Positions 1-8,593 of a stretch of 64,000 bases of DNA are shown here, piece by piece (positions within the stretch are counted from its first letter, which is position 1; every line of letters begins with the position of its first letter). The position numbers and the translations under genes were made by a program. The notes under the pieces were generated by a model. It saw nothing but the letters and a program-made list of their open reading frames with translations, ran no database searches and was not told the origin of the DNA. The stretch covers positions 1-64,000 of the forward strand of contig JANOAV010000150.1 in assembly GCA_031411295.1 (NCBI GenBank), in the 5' to 3' direction. The stretch is from Verrucomicrobiales bacterium. Its GTDB lineage: Bacteria > Verrucomicrobiota > Verrucomicrobiia > Verrucomicrobiales > V1-33.

Positions 1-11
1 ACGGCAGCGCC

Positions 12-3000
12 GTGACCGTCGGCCAGACCATCACCGCCTACAATCCAGCGCTCCTGACCATTGATCCCAACAGCGGCAGCCTGACCGTGAGCTTCACCTA
101 CAGTGCCGTGGATGCCGCCGGAAAAGTCTCCGCCGCCGCCACGGTCCAGATGCCCTTCGCGGCATTGAGCATCGCTGGTAATGCCCTCAATGACGCCAAC
201 GGCCTGACCGATTCCATCGTCAACGGCACCGGCACCAATGCCGGAGCCACGCTCTACGCCAACCTCGTCAGCGGCGGACTCGTCGTCGCCAAGACACCCA
301 TCGCCGCGGACGGCAGCTACAGCTTCGCCAACGTGAGCGCCAGCACGACCTACACCGTCGTGCTGAGCACCACGGAAGGCACCGTTAGCAACGCCCCGCC
401 CTCCGCCACCCTGCCCAGCGGTTATGTGAACACCGGGGAAAACATCGGCACCGCTGCTGGCAATGACGGGGTCGTCAATGGCGCCCTCACCGTCGCCGTA
501 GCGACCACCTCCATCACACAAGTCAACTTCGGCATCGAGCAACCGCCGACCGCGGATGCCATCACTGCAGCCTCACAAGCCAATCCCGGCGGCACCACCC
601 AGATCACCGTGCCGACCCTCACGGGCAGCGATCCTGAAGATCCAAGCATCACCACGTTTGTCATCAAAACCCTTCCGACCAACGGCACGCTTTATTACGA
701 TGGCTCCCCCGCCACCATCGACCAGGAAATCACCGACCCATCACTGCTCACCATCGATCCCAATGACGGCAGCATCACCGTCGCCTTCACCTACAGCGTG
801 GTGGACACTGCCGGAGCCGAATCCTCTCCCGCTACTGTGGAAATGCCCTTCACCGGCTTGAGCATCGCCGGGAATGCCCTCGACGACGCCAACGGCCTGA
901 CCGATTCCATCGTCAACGGCACCGGAACCAACGTCGGAGCCACGCTCTACGCCAACCTCGTCAGCGGCGGACTCGTCGTCGCCAAGACACCCATCGCCGC
1001 GGACGGCAGCTACAGCTTCGCCAACGTGAGCGCCAACACGACCTACACCGTCGTGCTCAGCACCATCGAAGGCAGTCTCGGCAATGCCCCGCCCTCCGCC
1101 TCCCTGCCTCCTGGTTATGTGAACACCGGGGAAAACCTCGGTATTGTCGCTGGCAATGACGGAACAGTCAATGGCATCCTAACGGTCGCGGTGGTCACCA
1201 CCTCCATCACGCAAGCCAACTTCGGCATCGAACAACCGCCGACCGCTGATCCGCTGAGCGCTGCCGTGCGTCCAAATCTCGGCGGCACCGTCACCTACTC
1301 CGTGCCCGCCCTCAGCGGCACTGATGCTGAGGATACCACCTCCGCCACCTTCGTGATCAAAACGTTGCCCACCAATGGCACCCTTTACTACAACGGCACG
1401 CCCGTGGCGGCCAACATTCCCATCACCAGCTTCAATCCCGCCCTGCTCACAGTGGATCCGGACGACGGCAGCATCACCGTGAGCTTTACTTACGCCGCCA
1501 TCGATGCCGCTGGCCAATCTTCTCCGCCTGCCGCCGTCGAGCTGCCATTCGTGGCTGGGAGCTTTGTGATCTCCGGCCAGGTGCGCGATGACTATGACAG
1601 CGACGGCCAATTTGAGGATAATGATAATCCCGTGGGTGGGGTGACGATTCGTCTTTACTGGGACACGAACGGCAACGGGCAGCTGGATGCCACGGAACCA
1701 CTGGTTGCGACCAGCGTTACCAATGCCACTGGACAATATCTCTTCAGCGGCCTGGCGGACGGCAACTACATCGTCGTCGAAACTGATCCACTGGGAGCTA
1801 CCAGCACAGGGGACATCGTCGGTGATCCCACAGACAACCACATTGCCGTGACCATCAGCGGAGCCAGCAGCACAGGCAACAACTTCCTAGATGCCGTGGA
1901 TCCCACGGGCTACATCTACAACGCAGCCACCGGCAAGATTGTGCCCGGTGGAACGATCACCGTGAGTGGCCCCGCCCCTGCGAATATCCTCATGAATGGC
2001 AACAGCGGCCAATACAGCTTCCTCACCGACGGCACTCCTGGAACCTACACCATCAGCTACACGCCACCGGCGGGCTACATCATTGATCCAACGCGTCCCG
2101 TGGCCGGACCATCGTTTGATCCGACCGGCCGCACGCCCGATCCCTACGCCATCGGCTCCGGTGAAAACCCCGCCAACCCCGGCTACCTCCTGGACTACAC
2201 CGCGGCCACCAACACTTACTACTTCACCTTCGTGCTCGCCCCGGGGGATCCGTTTGTGATCAACAACAACATCCCGCTGGTGCAATCCAAGCCCACGGAC
2301 TGGGCTGGCTGGCAGTATAAATACGCCCTTGGTGGCCAAAATGGCCCGACGCAAAATCCAGATGGGGACCTCTACGATAACCTCCAAGAGTTTGCGTTCT
2401 GCCTCGTTCCCAACAGCGGTGTGAAGCCCCGGTGCCCGTTGGAAATTACGGTGGACCCGAATGGTTTGATCAATGCCGTGGTCACCGCGGTCCATGGATT
2501 GTTCGGCACCACCGTCACCTTGGAATACATCTCTGACTTGGCGCTTAGTTCCGCCAATGGCGGTGGCTGGACGCCCGTGACTACCATTACCCCCACTGTT
2601 ACAAGCAATGGTGATGGCACGGATAAATTGACCTATGCCAATCTCGAAAGCATCCCGGCGCTGGCCAACGGCAAAGGCTTCGTCCGCTTGAAGGTGGATC
2701 TTGCCAGTCCCGCCATCACCAGCCGGACGTATGCTGCCGGGTGGACGGACCGGACCATCACTGGAACTTGTGAAACCTACGGCAATCCGTTCCTGGAATG
2801 CGAAGTCTTCAGCGGAACCGTGGACAGCAACACTGTTGGTTCCGTCGATGTGACCGCCGCCGTCGGCACCAGTAATTTTGCCAACGCGCTTGGGGTCGGT
2901 AAAACCTACTACGTTGAGGTTCTCAGCGGGTCGCTGGCAGGTCATCGCTGGAAAGTCATCGGCGGCAGCACTGCCACCACCATCGAGATCGGCAGTGGCA

Positions 3001-3707
3001 CCAAAGCCCTCACAACCAATGCGCTGGCCGGAGCCAGCGTCATCGTGCGGGAAGCTAAGACCATTGGTGGACTCTTCCCACCAGCGCTCTACCAGGCTGG
3101 CAGCACGCCGAACAACTCGGACAAGGTTCTAATCTACGATGCCAACAGCGTTGCCAAATGGAGTGTTTACTACCTGGCCGATATGACCGCCGGTAATATG
3201 GGGATTCATTGGGTGAAGCAAGGTGACAACACTCTTGCCAACCAAGATGGGTTGGCACTGGATGCCTGCCAGGGGATCTTCATCCACCATCGCGCTGCGG
3301 CCATCAGCACGACCCAAGTCGGCCACGTGCGGCAGAACGCCATGGCCTGCCCACTGAACGCAGGTCAGAATCTGGTTGGTGCAGGTTTCCCGATCGATCA
3401 AAGTTACGCGGACCGCGCCATGACTTGGACTGGCACTAACTTCAATGGGTTTGTCGGTGGGCTGGATCCTGTCCGTGCGGATAACGTGCTCTTCTGGAAA
3501 GGTGACACCACCCTCAATGCGGAAAACTACACCACCTACTGGTTGGTAAATGCCGGATTCGATCCCTACCGCCGCTGGAGTCTGCAAGGAGACAACGCCC
3601 TGAACAGTCAGGATCTGAGCAAAGTCTTCAAGGCCACGCGTGCCAGCTTCTACAAGTCCACCACAGGCAATCCTAACTACGTAGTCCCCACCGGATGGAC
3701 TCCGTAA
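12..3707 (+). CDS. Large Thr-rich surface/adhesin-like protein, 5'-partial, with ~231-aa tandem repeats, an SdrD-B/Cna-B-like domain and a C-terminal Verrucomicrobia-type domain
   Basis: 1231-aa ORF from the window edge. A near-identical block ALSIAGNAL.DANGLTDSIVNGTGTN starts at ~165 and ~858. ISGQVRDDYDSDG...GVTIRLYWDTNGNG...TNATGQYLFSGL..GNYIVVETDP is SdrD-B-like. Confidence 0.8.
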   Translation: MTVGQTITAYNPALLTIDPNSGSLTVSFTYSAVDAAGKVSAAATVQMPFAALSIAGNALNDANGLTDSIVNGTGTNAGATLYANLVSGGLVVAKTPIAADGSYSFANVSASTTYTVVLSTTEGTVSNAPPSATLPSGYVNTGENIGTAAGNDGVVNGALTVAVATTSITQVNFGIEQPPTADAITAASQANPGGTTQITVPTLTGSDPEDPSITTFVIKTLPTNGTLYYDGSPATIDQEITDPSLLTIDPNDGSITVAFTYSVVDTAGAESSPATVEMPFTGLSIAGNALDDANGLTDSIVNGTGTNVGATLYANLVSGGLVVAKTPIAADGSYSFANVSANTTYTVVLSTIEGSLGNAPPSASLPPGYVNTGENLGIVAGNDGTVNGILTVAVVTTSITQANFGIEQPPTADPLSAAVRPNLGGTVTYSVPALSGTDAEDTTSATFVIKTLPTNGTLYYNGTPVAANIPITSFNPALLTVDPDDGSITVSFTYAAIDAAGQSSPPAAVELPFVAGSFVISGQVRDDYDSDGQFEDNDNPVGGVTIRLYWDTNGNGQLDATEPLVATSVTNATGQYLFSGLADGNYIVVETDPLGATSTGDIVGDPTDNHIAVTISGASSTGNNFLDAVDPTGYIYNAATGKIVPGGTITVSGPAPANILMNGNSGQYSFLTDGTPGTYTISYTPPAGYIIDPTRPVAGPSFDPTGRTPDPYAIGSGENPANPGYLLDYTAATNTYYFTFVLAPGDPFVINNNIPLVQSKPTDWAGWQYKYALGGQNGPTQNPDGDLYDNLQEFAFCLVPNSGVKPRCPLEITVDPNGLINAVVTAVHGLFGTTVTLEYISDLALSSANGGGWTPVTTITPTVTSNGDGTDKLTYANLESIPALANGKGFVRLKVDLASPAITSRTYAAGWTDRTITGTCETYGNPFLECEVFSGTVDSNTVGSVDVTAAVGTSNFANALGVGKTYYVEVLSGSLAGHRWKVIGGSTATTIEIGSGTKALTTNALAGASVIVREAKTIGGLFPPALYQAGSTPNNSDKVLIYDANSVAKWSVYYLADMTAGNMGIHWVKQGDNTLANQDGLALDACQGIFIHHRAAAISTTQVGHVRQNAMACPLNAGQNLVGAGFPIDQSYADRAMTWTGTNFNGFVGGLDPVRADNVLFWKGDTTLNAENYTTYWLVNAGFDPYRRWSLQGDNALNSQDLSKVFKATRASFYKSTTGNPNYVVPTGWTP
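165..1550 (+). repeat. Intragenic tandem repeat, period ~693 nt (231 aa), at least 2 copies
   Basis: ttgagcatcgc..gg.aatgccctc.a.gacgccaacggcctgaccgattccatcgtcaacggcaccgg occurs at 165 and 858, followed by long identical stretches. Confidence 0.85.
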
Positions 3708-3790
3708 TGCACGTGTGGTGCTGCAGAACAGGATTGCGTATCGATTACTTGGTCTAAAGCTATCCTCAGTGGGGGATCCAGTCCCTCCTG

Positions 3791-3828
3791 CCCAAGCCTC
3801 TCAGGTGTTAACCTGAGGGGCCTTGGCG
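3791..3828 (+). terminator. Hairpin between convergent genes, possible terminator
   Basis: ccaag-cctctcagg-tgtta-acctgagggg-gccttgg stem-loop ~85 nt after the 3707 stop. No clear U-tract. Confidence 0.35.
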
Positions 3829-3986
3829 TTGATGCTTTCGAACACGATAAGGTTGGGGAAAGCGAATTGACTCCTCCGATTGGGGGGGGCTATTTTGCTG
3901 CCCTCGGTTGGTGTCTTCATAACTCTTATCCCAACAGAACCGGCTTCGGATCGTTCTGAAGCCGGTTTGAGGTGCCAAGTGGGTGG

Positions 3987-4826
3987 CTATCCTTTAATCG
4001 TGAATTTTACAGTTTGCGCCAACTTCCCGTTCACTGAAATTTCGAAGCGGTATTTGCCAATCGGCCAACCGTTGTCGGGCTTACTCAGGGAGAAGGCACC
4101 TCCTTCGGTCGGGTCTTTGATGGTGACGGAGGCTGACTCGTCGATTTTGGTGTTCTTGGGGGCGGCGTCCCCCACGTCCTCTGCGATCCAGACGCCAGAT
4201 ATTTTGTCACCAGCCTTTAATGCGATGCCGACATAGAATGCCTGGAGTTGCTTCACATCTGGAGTGAAAGAATCGGTTGGAGGGGTATCCTGATCCACGG
4301 CAATGGCCGCTTTCAGTAATTTCTTGCCGCCCGGTGGGGAGATGGAAGCGAGGATTTTTTGGAGCTTATCGGCTTCCTCCTTCGGAGTGTCTGCATCGGC
4401 TTCGATGAAGAGGACGGCTACTTTTTTATCAGTGCTTATCAGGAGTGCGAAGAAATCGATGGCATGGTCATCTGTTTTATCCAACGCGGAGCCCTTGAAA
4501 AGTAACCCGTCCAAGCCGCCAGGATGAGCTTCCTGTGGTTCGCCTTCAAGTTTGATTTTCTTCGCGTGATCCTTCAATAGTTCAACCAGGTCTTTACCCA
4601 AGGTCTTAATTTCCTTCTTGGATTCAAGTTCCCAAATGGAGAGGTAAATGTGTTCGTCAGGAGACGTGGCCTCGACAACTTCATCATCGTCCTTCTCAGG
4701 CTCCCAATCGTCCGGAATGGTGATACTGAACATCGCTGCGCCCTTGTTGGGAAACTGGAGGGTCTTGGCGGTGGAAGTTAGACTGAAAAACGTTAGGAGG
4801 AGGGCGCTAGAGAGGATTAGTTTCAT
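3987..4826 (-). CDS. Secreted hypothetical protein, two domains
   Basis: 279 aa with signal peptide MKLILSSALLLTFFSLTSTA. C-terminal beta-sandwich-like segment GWPIGKYRFEISVNG. Confidence 0.75.
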   Translation of the reverse strand: MKLILSSALLLTFFSLTSTAKTLQFPNKGAAMFSITIPDDWEPEKDDDEVVEATSPDEHIYLSIWELESKKEIKTLGKDLVELLKDHAKKIKLEGEPQEAHPGGLDGLLFKGSALDKTDDHAIDFFALLISTDKKVAVLFIEADADTPKEEADKLQKILASISPPGGKKLLKAAIAVDQDTPPTDSFTPDVKQLQAFYVGIALKAGDKISGVWIAEDVGDAAPKNTKIDESASVTIKDPTEGGAFSLSKPDNGWPIGKYRFEISVNGKLAQTVKFTIKG

Positions 4827-5069
4827 TTTTTGGGGGAGGGTGGAGCTAAGGATGCATTCGCCACCCTTAGACTGGGGCGGTTAAGCGCTTAGCTTTTTAA
4901 AGCAAGAAGTTTCCTCGTGGTGATCGAATATGTCTGATTTCGTTGAGCGCGCCGACGATCAACCTTCCATCGGGAACAGCCAAACCGCAGGAACTGGATC
5001 CAGCGGGGCTTGGATCGCAGCTTCTGCGGCAACGTGGTGCTCAGGGTGGGACGAGAGGGGGCGTGCCAG

Positions 5070-5107
5070 AAAAAAGCCCGGCGGAATCAGTGATGATTCC
5101 GCCGGGC
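5070..5107 (-). terminator. Rho-independent terminator of the 5136-5789 gene
   Basis: Minus strand reads gcccggcggaatca-tcac-tgattccgccgggc followed by a T-run. Confidence 0.8.
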
Positions 5108-5135
5108 GGCAGCGATGATTCAGCTCAGGCTGAAA

Positions 5136-5789
5136 TTAGAAACGATAGCGAGCACCTGCCTTCAGGGTCCAATCGCGATCACCTTCGAGGACGGTGGCGG
5201 CACCGACGGTGAGGTCGAAGTGGGGAGCCACTTCATAATAGACGTCTCCGAAGATTTCCCAGCGATTGCCGAAGTCGTTGAGGCAAACGAATTTGCCGCC
5301 GACGTGGATTTCAGCGCAAGCAAACTTGGCGCGGAGATGCGGGCGGACATACCAGCCCCCGTCGCTTACTTTGTCACCTTGGAACTTGGAGCCTTCCCAG
5401 ATGCCACCGATATCGGTCGCAAAGTGGAGGCTGGAGTTGATGGGGAGATAGCCACCCACACCGGCCAAGGCACCCCATCCGTCGATGTCGGAACCATCGA
5501 AGGAACCGGTGCTCCAGTCGCCTTCGCCAACGAAGTAGAGTTGGTTGATGGGGGAGTATTCCAATTTCACTCCGATCCCATTGGCGTCGTCAAAACCGTT
5601 CTGGCTGACGAAGGTGTGGTTCCAGTCAGCTTCGATGCTGCTATAGGAGATTTCTGTGCTACAGCCGGAAGCGGTTGCCATCGCTGGTGGGGTCTTGCCT
5701 TTACCGCCGCCGACCATGGAGGTGCCTGCGGAGGCGGATCCTGCGGAGAGGATGGCTACCGCAGTCAATACTGTTAGTTGCTTTGTCAT
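5136..5789 (-). CDS. Small outer-membrane beta-barrel protein
   Basis: Signal peptide, alternating beta-strand pattern, C-terminal aromatic barrel signature LKAGARYRF. Confidence 0.75.
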   Translation of the reverse strand: MTKQLTVLTAVAILSAGSASAGTSMVGGGKGKTPPAMATASGCSTEISYSSIEADWNHTFVSQNGFDDANGIGVKLEYSPINQLYFVGEGDWSTGSFDGSDIDGWGALAGVGGYLPINSSLHFATDIGGIWEGSKFQGDKVSDGGWYVRPHLRAKFACAEIHVGGKFVCLNDFGNRWEIFGDVYYEVAPHFDLTVGAATVLEGDRDWTLKAGARYRF

Positions 5790-5980
5790 AATTGCTAGTT
5801 GATTTGATTTGGTTTGGTTGCTTTGAGTCTGATTTGGTTGGTATCAGGCCGCACGTCTGTCTGAGTAAAACCCAGGCGGAGCATGCTGCCCGTTCTCTTG
5901 TAACTCAACGCTTAATCATGAGGCAAGGGAAAATATCGCCCCCGTCCCCGCTCCATTTCCCCGACGCATGGCGAAGACAC

Positions 5981-6017
5981 AAAAAAGCCTCCGTGGTGGA
6001 ACACGGAGGCTTTCTTT
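5981..6017. terminator. Rho-independent terminator, possibly bidirectional, downstream of the 6064 gene
   Basis: aaaaaagcctccgtg-gtggaa-cacggaggctttcttt. Confidence 0.8.
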
Positions 6018-6063
6018 AATTTTTTGTCATTCGAGACAGTCCCGGAGGCTGTCAGGACTTGCT

Positions 6064-7251
6064 TTAGAAGCTGGCGCGGAGGCCGAGGGAGACGTTGTGG
6101 CGGTCATACTCACGGAACGTATTTCCTGAAGCGGTGGTGGTGTAACCATAGCTGGAGGTCAGGGAAATGTTCTTGTAGAGCGCGTAGTTTAGACCAATGC
6201 TGACGGAGAAGACATCTTCGTTAAATCCGTTGTCCTCCCCGGCAGAATCACCAAAGGTATCGTGGATGTAATGGAGTCCGGCAGTTGCATCCAACCGGGT
6301 GGTCAGACCTTGGGTAGCGGTGACCCCAGTGCGCCAGCTTTCGCGACGCTGGAAGCTACCAATGGAGGAATCTTCAAATCCGTAGCGGACGTAAGCGTTG
6401 AAGGTGGTGTGCTTGTCAGCACGATAGCTGAGGTTTCCTTCGAAGTAAGGATTGGTATCGCTGCCGCCGTTGTCGCGCTCCCGGGTCTCCGCACCGACAC
6501 GGAACGTGCCGAAGGTGCGACGATCGAAGTTGTGATTGAGACCTACAAGATAGTAGTGAGATTTGTAATCACCAAAGCCATTGTCATAGTTAGCCAATGC
6601 AAAACGATAGTCAACGGCCACGCTGGTCAGTTTGGAGAGCGCGTAGAGGAACTCATGGTGGAACACATGGGTCATGTAGTTCTCCCCGTCCAGGGAGTCT
6701 TCCTGATAGTCCATCCCGGTGAAGGTATAACCCGTGATGGTGGAGAAGGTGCGACTCCAAGCGTGGCTGATGGCGATGTCGTTGTAGAAGTAAAGATACT
6801 CCTGGCTGCGACGGGTGGTGCCGGAACCGATGGCGTAGTTGGGCTCGAATTCGTAGGCGACGTAAGCACTGTCAGTCAGCGTGGTCCGCTCACTGAATTT
6901 GTGGCGTGCATTGAAGCTGAGACGGGCGGATTGCAGATAATCATCCGTGCCCGGTGCGGGGTCTAAGTAGTAGAATCCGCCGTAAGAGGCGGAAATACCG
7001 TAGGAGGTGCGACGATCACCACCGCGGACTTCGGCACCCACACCGGCTTGGATGTAGCCGCTGGAGTGCTCGTCGTCATGACTCAGGTTGGTGTTGGAAT
7101 CGTAACCCGCACCGACATCCACCGTGACGGTGAATGGGAGTTTGCGCTCGAATTCGTCCCGATTAGGTCGGAGGCTAACGAGGCCCTGACCAAAAGCGGA
7201 AGCGCCCATGGAAAGGGTGGTGATGGTGATAAGTGATTTGATGGTGTTCAT
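6064..7251 (-). CDS. Outer-membrane beta-barrel protein (putative beta-barrel porin 2-like)
   Basis: Likely start MNTIKSL at 7251 with a signal peptide. N-terminal GAGYDSN motif, Tyr/Ser/Gly-rich strands, ends VSLGLRASF. Confidence 0.7.
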   Translation of the reverse strand: MNTIKSLITITTLSMGASAFGQGLVSLRPNRDEFERKLPFTVTVDVGAGYDSNTNLSHDDEHSSGYIQAGVGAEVRGGDRRTSYGISASYGGFYYLDPAPGTDDYLQSARLSFNARHKFSERTTLTDSAYVAYEFEPNYAIGSGTTRRSQEYLYFYNDIAISHAWSRTFSTITGYTFTGMDYQEDSLDGENYMTHVFHHEFLYALSKLTSVAVDYRFALANYDNGFGDYKSHYYLVGLNHNFDRRTFGTFRVGAETRERDNGGSDTNPYFEGNLSYRADKHTTFNAYVRYGFEDSSIGSFQRRESWRTGVTATQGLTTRLDATAGLHYIHDTFGDSAGEDNGFNEDVFSVSIGLNYALYKNISLTSSYGYTTTASGNTFREYDRHNVSLGLRASF

Positions 7252-7444
7252 TGGAAGCGATTTGTAATGCAAATTGGCCAAATTGGAAGGGAAGGGGATT
7301 GAGAATTCACCAGAGATTAGAAGAATTTTCTACCCGCCTCTTCTACATTTAGTTAATTAAGAGTGGTCCGGCAAGCAAATTTTGCATTGATTTTTCGAAG
7401 TCGAAAGCAGACTGCCGAAGTTTCAAAAGTCGAATTTACAGCAG

Positions 7445-8110
7445 TTATGATCTGGTGGCAGGGTTGTGGGAAGGTGGGCAGTGGCAGCTCTTGACGATCT
7501 TGACCACGGTCTTGTAGATTACTTTGGTCACTGAACCACCGCCGGAGCTGGGGACTGCGAAGTAAATTCCTTGGATGTCCACGGGACGCACCGCCACGTC
7601 GTCATCGGAGCGCACGGATGGGATAGAAATGGGCTCTTTACCGATGGTGATGGGCTCCTTGCCTCCGCCTTGGGCGATCGGTTCTTTGCCAGAGGCTTCC
7701 TTAGAAATGGGCTCCTTACCTACGCCATCACCTTGACCAAGCACGGTTTGCATGGCGGTCTTAATTTCTTTGGCTGACTCAGGGGAGGCGGCCAGGGCGC
7801 ATTCACCAATGGTGGAGGCGGACGTTGGAATGGTATTGATGGCCGTGGAGACGATCTCGCCAACCAATTTGCTGTCAGCATGGGATGCAGTAATCGCGCT
7901 TTTAATGATGCTACAAGCACAAGCGTCGTTGGCGTTAAGCGCGTCTTCCAAGGACAGAAGCACTCGGGAGGGCTCTTTGGCGATCTCAGCTTCCATGTGG
8001 GCGACTACTTCGTCGCATTTCACTTTAGCGGATTTTTCTGCGGCTCCTGCGGGCACGAGGCCAACACAGGCAAGCGCAACAAGGGTGCAAATCATGGTTC
8101 GGTTTTTCAT
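7445..8110 (-). CDS. Secreted hypothetical protein, Ala-rich helical N-domain and four GKEP repeats
   Basis: Signal peptide, and VGKEPISKEASGKEPIAQGGGKEPITIGKEP. Confidence 0.7.
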   Translation of the reverse strand: MKNRTMICTLVALACVGLVPAGAAEKSAKVKCDEVVAHMEAEIAKEPSRVLLSLEDALNANDACACSIIKSAITASHADSKLVGEIVSTAINTIPTSASTIGECALAASPESAKEIKTAMQTVLGQGDGVGKEPISKEASGKEPIAQGGGKEPITIGKEPISIPSVRSDDDVAVRPVDIQGIYFAVPSSGGGSVTKVIYKTVVKIVKSCHCPPSHNPATRS

Positions 8111-8151
8111 ACTCAGCTTTTTTTTGGTTGGTGAATAAATTTGGATAAAAG

Positions 8152-8222
8152 AGCGGGCAGCGGGAATCGAACCCGCATGGCCAGCTTGGAAGGCTGGAAC
8201 TTTACCACTAAGCTATGCCCGC
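8152..8222 (-). tRNA. tRNA-Gly (TCC), CCA not encoded
   Basis: Minus strand GCGGGCATAGCTTAGTGGTAAAGTTCCAGCCTTCCAAGCTGGCCATGCGGGTTCGATTCCCGCTGCCCGCT: acceptor stem GCGGGCA/TGCCCGC, anticodon arm CCAGC-CTTCCAA-GCTGG, T-loop GTTCGATTC. Confidence 0.95.
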
Positions 8223-8593
8223 ATGGTAACTTCTCTAGCCTATTCTAATAAAAACTAGAATAAACGCAAGAGAAATTTTGCTTTTATTGACAACTAAGGC
8301 CAAATTTTTTCAAAGAACACCTAAAATCGGACCGAAACCGATTGCTAAGACCCTTTAATTTTCAATAATTGACGCAGATTTGATTCTCGAAGTTTCAAAA
8401 AGGTTTTTGAAGCAGAAAACTTTCTCAGGCCAAAGTCGAAAACGAAGGACAGTTCATTAAAACGGTAATCAGGCGCTCGGCAACAAGGAATTTGTGGATC
8501 GGGCAAATAAATTTTTTGGGAGGGCAAAATTTTACAGTGGAGGGTTGGCGGAGGGTTGGACATCCCCGTTCATCGGTGCTACGGTCAAGGCTC

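Noticed and set aside
1179..2945. Long antisense or alternate-frame ORFs (e.g. 1887-2945, 14253-15122, 45723-46679, 43090-43863)
   Set aside because: Shadow ORFs of GC-rich or repetitive real genes, with no recognisable motifs.
8152..8222. tRNA as an island integration site
   Set aside because: No integrase nearby and no duplicated tRNA 3' end was noticed in the window.
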